Positions 26,884-39,200 of a DNA stretch of 64,000 nucleotides are shown piece after piece (position 1 is the stretch's first letter; the number at the start of each line of letters is the position of its first letter). The DNA is from Octopus vulgaris (Eukaryota): NCBI GenBank assembly GCA_951406725.2, contig OX597819.1:55056001-55120000 (forward strand), written 5' to 3'. Made by a program: the position numbers and the translations under genes. The notes below the pieces were generated by a model. That model worked only from the letters and a program-made list of their open reading frames with translations. It was not told the origin of the DNA and ran no database searches.

Positions 26884-27349
26884 GTCTACAAGGTATTATA
26901 TTTTCCAATGTGCCCTTTATTTCAGAATGATTGGATACCACTTAAAAAAAAATGGAGTGATTGCATAATGGTTCTTGAATATTTCATGCAGTTTTATCAG
27001 CATGTGGCTTTAAAATTCATAATGGTTTCGAAACATCAATAATATCAAAGGCAGTATTAAAAAAACTGCTGGAAATAGGCGGAACTGTTGATAATAGTCT
27101 TTAGAATTTCTATAATAAATAATTTTTAATTGTTTCGTTCTCGATTCTGGCAAAATAATAAAGTCAAGATAGGATTTTGTTCTGTTATACGTCTAAGTAA
27201 AACCGCCATGATGATATAGCACAGCGAGCCATTATTTTGAGAGAGAATATTTTTAGAGAGCAAAAAAGCAACACGAAAGATCTGAGATCTAGAAAGGGAT
27301 GGATTAATATATGTGTCTATGTATGTAAGCATGTATGCATCTATGTATT

Positions 27350-27425
<76 letters not shown>

Positions 27426-27597
27426 TGTGTTTGTGCGTGTGTACGTGGGCGTACGTGTGAACACAAAGAACTGTTCGTGAGTTCAGCCTCGAAGAAGACT
27501 AATGAGGAAAATTCGGCACCAGAGATTCTCTTTTGCTTTTCTCTCTTTTTCTTTCCTTTTATTTCTCTTTGTCTTGCCTATCTGTCTGTCTCTGCCG

Positions 27598-27649
<52 letters not shown>

Positions 27650-28038
27650 ACTCTCTATGAGTCTCTCTCTCTCTCTCCTTCACTTTCCAGTATGCGTACA
27701 CTCTCTCACACCCGTGTGTATTCAAACATTCATACACAATCAAAGACGGTGTGGGTGAGGGGAAGCCAACTATCAAAATATATATACATAAATACTACGA
27801 CACCTAACCAAACGTGTGCTATTCGTGGAACTGAACGAAGAAAAACTGGCAAAAAACGAAACAAAAAAAACCCAAAAACATAGTGGCTTACGATGGTGAT
27901 GGTGGTGGTGGCAGCGCCGACGACGGTGTCGATGATGATAATGCTGGAAATGCAGATAAATGGTCTGTAAAGTATAAGTAAAGAATCACGAAACAGGATG
28001 TTAGTATGGATAGACGACTGGAGTTATCCAGAACTGAG

Positions 28039-28095
<57 letters not shown>

Positions 28096-28211
28096 GTGAT
28101 GATGATAATGATGATGCTGCTGCTGTTGATGATGATGATGGTAACGATGATGATGCAAAATTATTATTATAATTATTGTTGTTATTATTTTTATTATTTT
28201 TATCATCATCG

Positions 28212-28300
<89 letters not shown>

Positions 28301-28308
28301 TAGTTTTA

Positions 28309-28354
<46 letters not shown>

Positions 28355-28378
28355 CTTCATCATCATCATCATCATCAT
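28039..28378. repeat. compound trinucleotide microsatellite field (AAT/GAT/TTA/CAT)
   Basis: Direct reading. Confidence 0.95.
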
Positions 28379-29769
28379 CTGTCTCGTCATTAGATCTTTC
28401 AGTTCATTTGTACTTTTTCTCTTAGTTTTACTAGGAAATACCACAGATAATCCTGCTTATGCCCTACCCCAACCGCCCATTTCTTTTTTTTGCTTTTGTT
28501 TTTTGGCCTTCATTTTATCGGTTTCTTCTCTCTGTTTTCTTTGGTTTCTTACATCCGTTCTTTTATTCTCCGTTTCATTTTTCCTTGTGTAAGAGTATGT
28601 ATGTATATACATACATATATATATGTATATATATATATATGTATGTATATATACATATATATATATACACACATATATATGTATATATATACATATATAC
28701 GTATATATTCATTTATATAGATGAGTATATATATATATGTATATATGTGTGTGTTTATGTATGCTTATGTACGTGTGTGTGTTTGTGTGTGTGTTTGTAT
28801 GTGTGTTTGCGTGTTTGTGTGCACATGTGTGTGTGTGTGTGCATTTCGCTTTTTTTTTCTCAAACTGATTCTTCATGACGTTATGTTTAGTTTTTCTCGC
28901 ATCTTTTGCAATTATCTTTTTTTTTATTTTGTGTCTCGACCTCATTAAGTATTTTTCTTTAGTTTCCATGTTTTTTTCTTCTTTAGATCCTTAGATCCTC
29001 AGATCTCATTTCTTCTCTGTTCATTCCTTTGGATATTTCATTTTCACAGACAAAAATAATTGGCATCATTTCTTCAACTATCTACGTTCGTAGTTCAAAT
29101 CACAGCTTCTCTGATCTTATCTTTCCTCCTTCCTTAGCCAAATATGATATGTGGCTTTACGTTTCCCTAAAAGCCTGTAACACTTTTCTTAGGGGCGGTG
29201 GAAAGCCGATTACTTCAACTCCAGTCCTCATTTGATCGTTATTTTATCGGTAAAGGCGGAGAGCAAAGCCAGAAGAAATGTAGCTAAGCATTTTGTCCGG
29301 CGTGCTAACGAGTCTGCCAGCTCGCCACTTTTAGGTCAAATATAATATATACCAGTAAACATTTCGTTTGACTGTGTATCTCCGTGTATCAGCTTTGATT
29401 TAGAATATCTCTATTCGTGTGGGCTTGTGTCTACAAATTCCTTTTTAGTACAAGACCAGCAGTTTCAACGGGAAATGCCAGTTGATTACATCAGCCCCAA
29501 TACTTAACTAGTGTTTAATTCAGCAACATTTGGGATTCAGAACGTAAAGATGGACGAAATGCCTCTAAGCATTTTGCCGATGCGTTAATGATTCTACCAG
29601 TTCGCTGCAATATCATGGACGGGCCAATAGTTCTAATCCTGGATGGTGGTGGTGGTGGTGTTGTCTTTGTCTTTTATTATTACGGGGCCGATAAAATAAA
29701 GTACCTGTTACATTTGCTCGATATAGACAACAACAATCTACTTATAAAAACTATCAGACACCGACAATA

Positions 29770-30350
29770 TGTATGTGATGATGGTGGCAGCGGCATGAAT
29801 TGTAGTGGTGGCGGCAGTGGGGAGAATGGTGGAAGTTGTGATCGTTATAATCATCGTGATGGAGCTAATGGTGACGACGTTGATAGTCGTGATGATGATG
29901 ATGATGATGTTGGTGGTAATCGTAGTAAACGGTGGTGGTGGTGGTGATGGTGGTAGAAATGATGGTGATGATGGTGGAGACGGCGGTGGTGGTGATGTCA
30001 TTTGTCGTCGCGATGAGACTGGTAGTGATAGTGATAGTGATAATGATGGTATGATGGTGGCCATGGCAATGGTGACGTTGGTGATGGTGGTGTAGGTGAC
30101 GGCAGCAGTAGTGGTAGTGTTGATGGTAGCGATGGTAATGGTGATTGTAATGGTGATGATGATAGTGGTAATGGTGGACGTGATGACGATGAGGGTAATA
30201 GATGGGATGGTGGAAGTGATGATGGTGGTGGTGGTGGTGGTTGTTAGGGTACTGGCGGTGGTGGTGGTGGGGTGGGGGTGTTAGTGATGGTGATGGTAGG
30301 GGTTGTCGTGGCACTGGTGATGGTGGTGGTACGGGTGGTGGTGGTGGTCG
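29770..30350. repeat. degenerate (GGT/GAT)n low-complexity region
   Basis: Direct reading. Confidence 0.9.
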
Positions 30351-30491
30351 TGATCAAACAGATGACTGTTTCTTGAAGGCTGGCTTATCTCATAAGCTGT
30401 ATATTAAAGATTATTTAATGAACAAAACTTTGGAATTTCGTCTTTAGCTCGATTCGGTATTATTGTAATTAAAGAGGATACATAAATATTT

Positions 30492-31533
30492 TTTTCTACT
30501 CTAGGCACAAGGCCCGAAATTTTGGGGGAGGGGCCAGTCGATTAGATCGACCCCACTACGCAACTGGTACATAATTTATCGACCCCAAAAGGATGAACAG
30601 TAAAGTCAACATGGCGGAATTTGAACTCAGAATGTAAAGACAGACGAAATACCGCTAAGCATTTCGCCCGGCGTGCTAAAGTTTCTTATTTCTTTATTGC
30701 CCTCAAGGGGCTAAACATAGAGGGTCAAACAAGGACAGACAAAGTAATCAAGTCGATTACATCGACCCCAGTGCGTAACTGGTACTTAATTTATCGACCC
30801 CGAAAGGATGAAAGGCAAAATCGACCTCGGTGGAATTTGAACTCAGAACGTAACGGCAGACGAAATACCGCTAAGCATTTCGCCCGGCGTGCTAAAGTTT
30901 CTTATTTCTTTATTGCCCTCAAGGGGCTAAACATAGCGGGTCAAACAAGGACAGACAAAGTAATCAAGTCGATTACATCGACCCCAGTGCGTAACTGGTA
31001 CTTAATTTATCGACCCCGAAAGGATGAAAGGCAAAATCGACCTCGGTGGAATTTGAACTCAGAACGTAACGGCAGACGAAATACCGCTAAGCATTTCGCC
31101 CGGCGTGCTAACGATTCTGCCGCCTTTAAAAGTAATAATTATGGCTACTCTAGGCAAAAGGCCTTGAAAATTTTGAGGGAAGCGGACTAGTCGATTACAT
31201 CGACTCCTGTGCGCAACTAGTACTTATTTAATCGACCCTGAAAGGATGAAAGTCGACCTCGGCGGAATTTGAACTCAGAACGTAGCGGCAGACGAAATAC
31301 CTATTTCTTTACTACCCACAAGGGGCTAAACACAGAGAGGACAAACAAGGACAGACAAACGGGTTAAGTCGATCACATCGACCTCAGTGCGTAACTGATA
31401 CTTATTTAATCGACCCCGAAAGGATGAAAGGCAAAGTCGACCTCGGCGGAATTTGAACTCAGAACGTAGCGGCAGACGAAATACCGCTAAGCATTTCACC
31501 CGGCGTGCTAACGCTTCTGCCAGCTCGCCGCCT
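30492..31533 (-). mobile_element. head-to-tail array of five SINE family A units
   Basis: The ggaatttgaactcagaa core occurs at ~30616, 30832, 31048, 31264 and 31448. A 216-bp unit is duplicated with one mismatch. Confidence 0.92.
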
Positions 31534-31639
31534 TAGGATAAGTAAATATTAAAATGTCTCTAGTGATTACTAATCAAGTTTCAAATGTCACCTGGTCAGT
31601 TGCCGCTTCACTAATGATGAAGGGATGTCAATCATACTC

Positions 31640-32047
31640 TTTACTCTTACATGTTTCTGTTATTTGACTGTGGCCATGCTGGAGCACCGCATTCAGTCGA
31701 TCAAATCGTCCGCAGGACTTATTCTTTGTAAGCCTAGTACTTATTCTATCGGTCTCTTTTGCCGAACCGCTATGTTACGGGGAAGTAAGCACACCAGCAT
31801 CGATTGTCAAGCAATGCTAGGAGAACAAACACAGACACACAAACATATACACACACATACATACATATACATATACATATATACGACGGGCTTCTTTCAG
31901 TTTCCGTCTATGAAATCCACTCACAAGGCTTTGGTCGCCCCGAGGCTATAGTAGAAGACACTTGCCCAAGGTGCCACGCAGTGGGACTGAACCCGGAACT
32001 GTGTGGTTGGTAAGCAATCTACTTACCACACAGCCACTCCTACGCCT
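31640..32047 (-). mobile_element. SINE family B, full length
   Basis: Head, CORE-like block, internal microsatellite and tail are all present. Confidence 0.92.
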
Positions 32048-32099
32048 ATACATGAACAACTCTAACAGAAATAAAAAGAAAAAAAACAGTTATTAGATT

Positions 32100-32157
32100 A
32101 TGACGACGACGACGACGGTGATGATGGTGGTGGTGGTGATGATGATGATGATGATGA

Positions 32158-32226
<69 letters not shown>

Positions 32227-32347
32227 CGATGATGATGATGAGGAATACGACAACGACGACGACCACGATGATGGCAACAACGATGATAATAGCGACGACA
32301 ATGACGATGACGACGATGATGCTGTAGGCGATGTGTTAGTGGTAATT

Positions 32348-32381
<34 letters not shown>

Positions 32382-32470
32382 GGACGACGACGACCATGAC
32401 TACTACGACGACAATGACGATGACGACAATGGCGACGATGACAGCGACGACTGCGACGACGATGGTGATG
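32100..32470. repeat. (GAC/GAT)n compound microsatellite
   Basis: Direct reading. Confidence 0.95.
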
Positions 32471-32867
32471 TTTCTACCAAGTTTGTCTTTTTAGAGCCGC
32501 CGGCTTCGTATTTATCATGTCTATTAACAGATGTCAGTGAAATATTTCAACTGCCTTTCCGAACATTGGCAGTATGTGAAATTTGGTAAACAAGAATGGT
32601 GACATTCGAGACTGTAATTTCGTGATTCCCTGCTAAACAGTTTACGTTCGAGATGACATATGGTACCTCGGTACGTGTATCTAATGAGGAATCCAGTCGC
32701 ATTTTTAATCGCACACCTGGCGTTTCGAAAACGCAGGTCACCAAAAAAATATGCAAACAGAACGAAAATAGCTGGTTAAAACAAATACAACATTAGCACA
32801 TACATTTGCACATCTAGCTTTTGTCTTTCCAAACTATTTTTCTGTCTGACTGTATGTGTATGTGTGA

Positions 32868-33185
32868 GGGCGCGTGGCTTAGTGGTTAGGGCATTCGGCT
32901 CATGATCGTAAGGTTGTGAGTTCGATTCCCGGCGACGCGTTGTGTCCTTGAGCAAGACACTTTATTTCACGTTGCTCCAGTCCACTCAGCTGGCAAAAAA
33001 TGAGTTGTACTTGTATTTCAAAGGGTCAGCCTTGTCACTCTCTGTGTCACGCTGATTATCCCCGAGAACTACGTTAAGGGTACACGTGTCTGTGGAATGC
33101 TCAGCCATTTGCACGTTAATTTCACGAGCAAGCTGTTCCGTTGATCGTATCAGCTGGGACCCTCGTCGTCGTAACCGGCGGAGTC
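32868..33185 (+). mobile_element. SINE family C
   Basis: A-box tggcttagtgg, B-box gagttcgattcc, then tgtgtccttgagcaagacactttatttcacgttgctccagtccactcagctgg. Confidence 0.88.
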
Positions 33186-33203
33186 TTTTAAAATGTGTAT
33201 GTG

Positions 33204-33242
<39 letters not shown>

Positions 33243-33249
33243 ACGATAA

Positions 33250-33543
33250 ACGTCGCCCTTTTCAAGCCTAGCCAGGCTCATGGTTTCCCGGTTTCCCGGG
33301 TTTCTGCGGCGTATGTGTTCCCCACCAGCTGGACGGGACACACCAGTCCATCGCAGCGTTACTCAAGAAACAGGAAGAGAGAGTGAGAGAGTTGTGGCGA
33401 AAGAGTACAACAGGGGTCACCACCACCCCTTGCCGTAGCCTCGTGGAGCTTTATGTGTTTTCGCTCAATAAACACACACAACGCCCGGTCTGGGAATCGA
33501 AACCGCGAGTCCGCTGCCCTAACGACTGGGCCATTACGCCTCC
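33250..33543 (-). mobile_element. SINE with family D head and a tail shared with the family C copy at 58882
   Basis: Head matches 5810. The tail (gcctagccaggctcat...cccggtttcccggg...tatgtgttcccc...cagctg...gggac...ccagtccatcgcagcg) matches 59025-59112 reversed. Confidence 0.8.
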
Positions 33544-33751
33544 ACGTGTGTGTGTGTATCTGTGTGTGTGTGTGTTACGTACAAATTAAATTAGATTCGG
33601 GTAAAAACTTTGTAGTATGCTATGCAAAACCCGCCCGCAGTTATTGGTTACCAGCTGTCATCATACAGAGGAAATGCACTTTCTACTGGATATACATCAA
33701 ATATGATATGATATGATATGATATATGATATGATATGATATTATATTATAT

Positions 33752-34121
33752 GCTTCCGGGTTCATTCCCACTGCGTGGCACCTTGGGTAAGTGTCTTCTA
33801 CTATAGCCTCGGGCCGACCAAAGCCTTGTGAGTAGATTTGGTAGACGGAAACTGAAAGAAGCTCGTCGTATATATGTATATATATATATATGTATGTGTG
33901 TATATGTTTGTATGTCTGTGTTTGTCCCCCCCCCCCAACATTGCTTGATAACAGATGCTGGTGTGTTTCTGTCCCCGTAACTTAGCGGTTCAGCAAAAGA
34001 GACCGATAGAATAAGTACTAGGTTTACAAAGAATAAATCCAAGGATCGATTTCCTGGATTAAAGGCAGTGCTCCAGCATGGTCACAATCAAATGACTGAA
34101 ACAAGTAAAAGAGTAAAAGAG

Positions 34122-34122
<1 letters not shown>
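33752..34122 (+). mobile_element. SINE family B, 5' truncated
   Basis: Runs from the B-box to the (gtaaaaga)n tail. Confidence 0.9.
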
Positions 34123-34168
<46 letters not shown>

Positions 34169-34842
34169 GGTATGTAGAAAAATACAACATGGACAAGAAC
34201 GTATAACTCTTAGAAGACGACACAATAAACACGGACAGGACATTCGAAACCCTCAGTCTTCAGTCAAGAACCGGATCATCGTAGTAATTTCGGCTGATTA
34301 ATCTTGAGATTACTAGATCACGGCCAGCCCTCCAAGAAAAACCAAGCAACGAGCATTAGAAAAACTAAGCTGGAAGCGTAGATTTCCTGGAAGAAGGATC
34401 GAATGCATACGAACACCAGGACAGCAAAAGGGACAGATATAAAAAAAACAAAATATATATATATATATATATATATAAGTATGCGTGTGTGTATGTATGT
34501 ATGTATGTATGTATGTATGTATGTATGTATGTATGTATGTATGTATGTATGTATGTATGTATGTACAGAGTATAGAGTGTAAGGTGTGATTTACAGAAAT
34601 TGAATATTGAGAAAAAAAGTCGTCAGAATTTTGGGGAAAAAATCTTTTTATTTCTTCATTATTATTAGTGCTTTCATTCCTTTCTCGAACTTTTGTCAAA
34701 TAAAATTTTGTGAATGTACAAACAGCTTGTTCATTTATATAAAACAGATGATTTTGGGGGTTCTGTTTAGAAGAGAATATATTTTTTTTTTTTGCGTGAG
34801 GTTCCATGACAATGGAGATGGATAGATAGAAAAATAAGTAGG

Positions 34843-34921
<79 letters not shown>

Positions 34922-35204
34922 GTAGAGGGAGAGACAGAGAAGAGGTATTCCCCTTCCTATCCACCATTGATTTATTTTTTAGTCCTTTACTATTGTATTG
35001 GAACGGGTTTAATGATGGTGACCTCTTAAAAAGAAATAAAACAAAAAACAACATAAACCATAAAAACAGGTGCAGTTTGATCATCACTGAAAGTCATTTT
35101 GCTTTCTTTCTCTTCCCCTTTTCCTTCTTTTCCCCTCTTTCTTTCTATTTCCCCTCTTTGAATTATATTTAGAATACAAAATGTACTGTCTCCCTTTCCA
35201 AACA

Positions 35205-35247
<43 letters not shown>

Positions 35248-35269
35248 CGCACATGCAAGAAGTAAATAG

Positions 35270-36058
35270 ACACCTTAAATTTTCAAAATCTTTTGTTTAA
35301 TACGCAAAGCGAACAATTGAAATGTAATCGATAGGTAGGACTACATACTTTAGTATTTAGTTGACATTCCTTTTGCACTTTTTAATTCAGAAACTCTTTT
35401 TGGCATTGAACTGATGAGCTTTGTGATTGTCTCTTGTAGAATTTCTGCCCACTTTTCATGCAACAATCGAAGCAATTCATCTTTAGATTTAGGTACCTGT
35501 CGAGTTTTTCATATAGCTCTATCTAGTATGCTCCAAAGATTTTCAATTGGGTTCATGTCAGGCGATTGGCTCCGCCAAGGAAGCTTTTTGATCCCATTTT
35601 CAGTCAACCATTGTTGATTCCTTTTCGCTGTGCGGTATGGAGTTCCATCTTCTATGAATAAAAACTCATTTTTCGTTATGTTATCGTGTGAATAGTAGGA
35701 AGTAGTCCTTACTTAAATATTTCGATGTATTTTTCAGAGTTTATGGTTCCAACACATTCGATCAGCTCAGAACCATTGCTGGTGACAGCTCCCCATACCA
35801 TTACAGAGATACCGCCATGTTTCACAGCTGGTTGGAGTCGTTTCAAATCAAATTCTTGATTGGGGATCCTCCAGATCCAAACACGTCTACTGTCTGAAAA
35901 TAATGCAAATCTGGATTCATCTGAGAAAATCCCTCTATCTCAAAATGAACTGGATTTTTCTGACATCTCCTTAGCTCATTTCTTTCTTTTCATAATATTA
36001 ATTGGTTGAAGGAGGGGTTTTCTTTTAGCTGCTCGTCCATAATACCCAAACTTATGCT
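35270..36058 (-). pseudogene. Tc1-family transposase remnant
   Basis: Minus strand gives FSDESRF, VKHGGISVMVW and SQSPDMNPIENLW; contains frameshifts. The 5' part is lost at a microsatellite. Confidence 0.88.
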
Positions 36059-36060
36059 TG

Positions 36061-36113
<53 letters not shown>

Positions 36114-36148
36114 TATAGATATAGATAGATAGAAAGATAGATAGATAT

Positions 36149-36193
<45 letters not shown>

Positions 36194-36214
36194 CAGACAA
36201 ACAGACAGACAGAC

Positions 36215-36308
<94 letters not shown>

Positions 36309-36859
36309 GCATACCTCGGCTTAAGTCGTTCTCGGTTATACGTCGTTTTTAAAAATAAAAATCAAGTTAAGTCATTTTACTCGACTTTATGTCTGTCCGC
36401 CACAAATATTGGAATCGTAAAATCACTAGAAAACCGTTGAAAGCACATAAAATCATATTACTGTACAATAGATAAAAATAAAAGCATATAAAATCATATT
36501 AAAATACGTACAGTAAATGTTAAGATACACACACCATTTCGGAGCTTATATTTTACCATGTCTTATTGCAAACCGCATTCATTAATAAAACGTCCGCGAT
36601 GTACGGTAAACACTGTCTAATTGTATTCATAAATTTACATTACATTTTTTTTTTACTGTACAGTATTAAGAAATAAAAATTATTTGTTTGTAGGCTTAAA
36701 TAGGTTTTTATTAACCACGCATATTTGAAAATGCATCCATAAATAAAGTACAGAACTGGGAAAGGTTATTATCGGTTTAGTCTAGAGACAAGTAAATTCG
36801 ACCTGGCCTAGCCTAGCCTAGAGACAAGTTAATTCGACTTAAGTCATTTTTCGACTTGT

Positions 36860-37345
36860 CTGCTCTATCTTCCTCCCCCTCTTTCTTTCTCGCTCTCTCT
36901 CTCATTGCTTACACGTGATCATCGTCCGTCTTTCTTTTCCTCACGTGACCATCTTTCTTTTCTTGCCCGGACGTTCTAAGGACTGGACGTCTTCTTTCTC
37001 TCTCTTCTATTTTTTCTCTTTTCAAAGAAAATATTTCATCCAACGTTCGCTATCTTTACCCTCGTTCTGGTCTAACGACCCTCCATGTTTGTTTTCGTTC
37101 GGTTTCTTTGTATGTCTCTAATGTCATGTTTTTGTTCCCAACTTTGACCCTCCATAAAATCCAAAATTTATTTTGGAAGTTATGGGAGCAACTGTCTTCG
37201 AAGATTCATATTGTCGTTCAATGCTCGAAATAATGAGTAGATAGACAGCCGACAACTGATGTAAGGTCGTTCTTTTCTATTCTTTTCTCTCGTTGTTTGC
37301 GTATTTCATGCTGTTTACTGTTGGTGACGTCCTGTACCCAAATAT
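36860..37345. mobile_element. second copy (inverted) of the 20866-21288 repeat
   Basis: Reverse-complement similarity over more than 300 bp; abuts (TA)n. Confidence 0.75.
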
Positions 37346-37363
37346 ACATATATATATATATAT

Positions 37364-37422
<59 letters not shown>

Positions 37423-37467
37423 TAGATAGACACACATATACATACATACATACATGCATATATATAT

Positions 37468-37640
37468 TATGGTCGAAATTTACAGAAAAACAAAAGACGA
37501 AGACAGGTGTATGAACAACAGGCAGGTGTATTAGTTTGACGCTCGGGAAAGTGAGAAAGTCTTCTACGTTTCGAGCCTACGTTCTTCAACAGAAAGGGAT
37601 AAGAAAAAATAAACAGAAAGAGAATAAAAAAACGAGTTCT
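37468..37640 (-). mobile_element. short (TA)n-associated repeat carrying a hammerhead-like motif, copy 1
   Basis: Homologous to 39001-39200 (aaacaaaagacgaagac...tgtattagt...acgctc...tacgtttcgag..tacg.tcttc.acagaaaggga). Confidence 0.75.
37561..37596 (-). ncRNA. minimal hammerhead-like motif (A6U variant)
   Basis: CUUU-CUGUUGA-A-GAAC-GUAG-GCUC-GAAA-CG-UA-GAAG. Confidence 0.4.
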
Positions 37641-38054
37641 GTCTATTTACTTTTGAGATGAATGCGTGTGAATGGGTTTATGTTTGTGTAAATGGATGCA
37701 ATACACACAAACACACACACATACACACACACATCTATATATATCACATTATAACATCGTGTGTGGCTATGTATACCTGAGTTTTTGTGGTTCTGTGCGG
37801 TGAATGTGTGTATACTCACATATATAATCAAAGATTTTTCGATACCAGCACATTCAACCCTTCTCCGTTTTGAGAGAAAAGGACGCCGTGCCTTGTGCCC
37901 CATTATCCTTTGTACTGCGTAATGTTTCTAATTCAGTGAGAAACAGGCAAACAGGCACGCACACAGAAAGCTAGACAGGCAGGCAGACAGGCAGGCAAGC
38001 AGGCAAGCAGACAGGCAGGCAGGCAGGCAGACAGGCAGACAGGCATTTAGTGAG

Positions 38055-38395
38055 CTCCAGCACTTCATTAGTACTTTATTTATCGATACCTTCGAAGTAA
38101 AAAATGGCAATGGGGACCTCGTTGGAATTTGAAATCAGAACGCAAAGACCCGGAAATAATACGGCGAGGCATTCTATACGACGTTCTAACGACATAGAGG
38201 GGAAAAACAAGGACAGGCAAATGGATTAAGTCGAATACATCGACCCCAGTGCGTAACTAGTACTTAATTTATCGACCCCGAAAAGATGAAAGGCAAAGTC
38301 GACCTCGGCGGAATTTGAATTCAGAACGCAAAGACAGACGAAATACTGCTAAGAGTTTCGCCCAGCGTGCTAACAGTTCTACCAGCTCATAGCCT
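38055..38395 (-). mobile_element. SINE family A dimer
   Basis: Head unit with partial tail-1 (38195-38395), joined to a second, more diverged unit (38055-38190). Confidence 0.8.
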
Positions 38396-38514
38396 TTACA
38401 GCCATTTCTAATATTGCCTCACAATGATGAAGGAACATTACACTGACTGAGTACAAAAGTATGAAGGATTGTACTGATTTCGAATGAAATATAATTAAAA
38501 GTAATTGATAATGA

Positions 38515-38810
38515 CCAAAAATTACGATCGTCAACACAAATGACCGAAATGAGTTTATTCCGAAGGGTCTCCGGAATAACGTTACACGACAGGGTGCATA
38601 GGTCGGATATCAGGGAGTCCCTCCAGGTTGAGTTGCAACTTCGCATTGAAAGGTCGCACAGAGGTATTAAGGACACGTCATAAGAATTTCGCAGGAAAGA
38701 ATAACAAGACGGATTCTTCGAGCTGAGTCAACCAACAAGAGACCAAGAACGAGATGGTTGCATAATACTCATAGGTTCGATTGATTTTGCTCGGAGAATT
38801 CAGCCGGAAA
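38515..38810 (+). mobile_element. RTE-like LINE ORF C-terminal fragment
   Basis: Translation TEMSLFRRVSGITLHDRVHRSDIRESLQVE..RIERS../GHVIRISQERITRRIL..KRPR. Confidence 0.75.
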
Positions 38811-39000
38811 ATCTAATGATAGTTCCTTCTGTTATGACACTTTGAAGGGGGGGGGGCGCCTGAAGACTATACACTATACACTAATATTCTTTAGGATGGT
38901 GCCCCAGTATGGCCACAGTCTAATGACTGAAACAAGTAAAACATAAAAGATAAATATATATTTGATAATATATATATATTTGATAAATATATATATATAT

Positions 39001-39200
39001 ATGGAGAGTTTACGAAGAAAACAAAAGACGAAGACGGGTGGTGTACAAAACAAACAGATGTATTAGTATAACGCTCAGGAATAGAAAAAGTCTTTTACGT
39101 TTCGAGTCTACGCTCTTCTACAGAAAGGGACACAGAAAAAACAAGGAGAGAAACAAGGAGAGAAAAAAGGAGAGAGAAATGGAGAGAGAAAAAAGGATAG
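39001..39200 (-). mobile_element. short (TA)n-associated repeat, copy 2
   Basis: Homolog of 37468-37640, flanked by (TA)n on both sides. Confidence 0.75.
39092..39127 (-). ncRNA. minimal hammerhead-like motif (A6U variant)
   Basis: CUUU-CUGUAGA-A-GAGC-GUAG-ACUC-GAAA-CG-UA-AAAG. Confidence 0.4.

Noticed and set aside
28001-30447. Long ORFs with poly-H/I/Y/M/V runs (and the many YI, HT and CV ORFs elsewhere)
   Set aside because: They are translations of microsatellites that lack stop codons; there is no coding evidence.
30621-31190. 189-aa ORF with a 72-aa internal repeat
   Set aside because: It is the antisense reading of the 216-bp SINE A tandem duplication.
30492-31533. CRISPR-like regular repeats
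   Set aside because: Units are ~200-bp SINE copies with no unique spacers, in a eukaryotic context with no cas genes.
32868-32935. tRNA gene (also heads at 5810, 58882 and 60042)
   Set aside because: A and B boxes are present, but there is no convincing acceptor stem and each continues into a SINE body.
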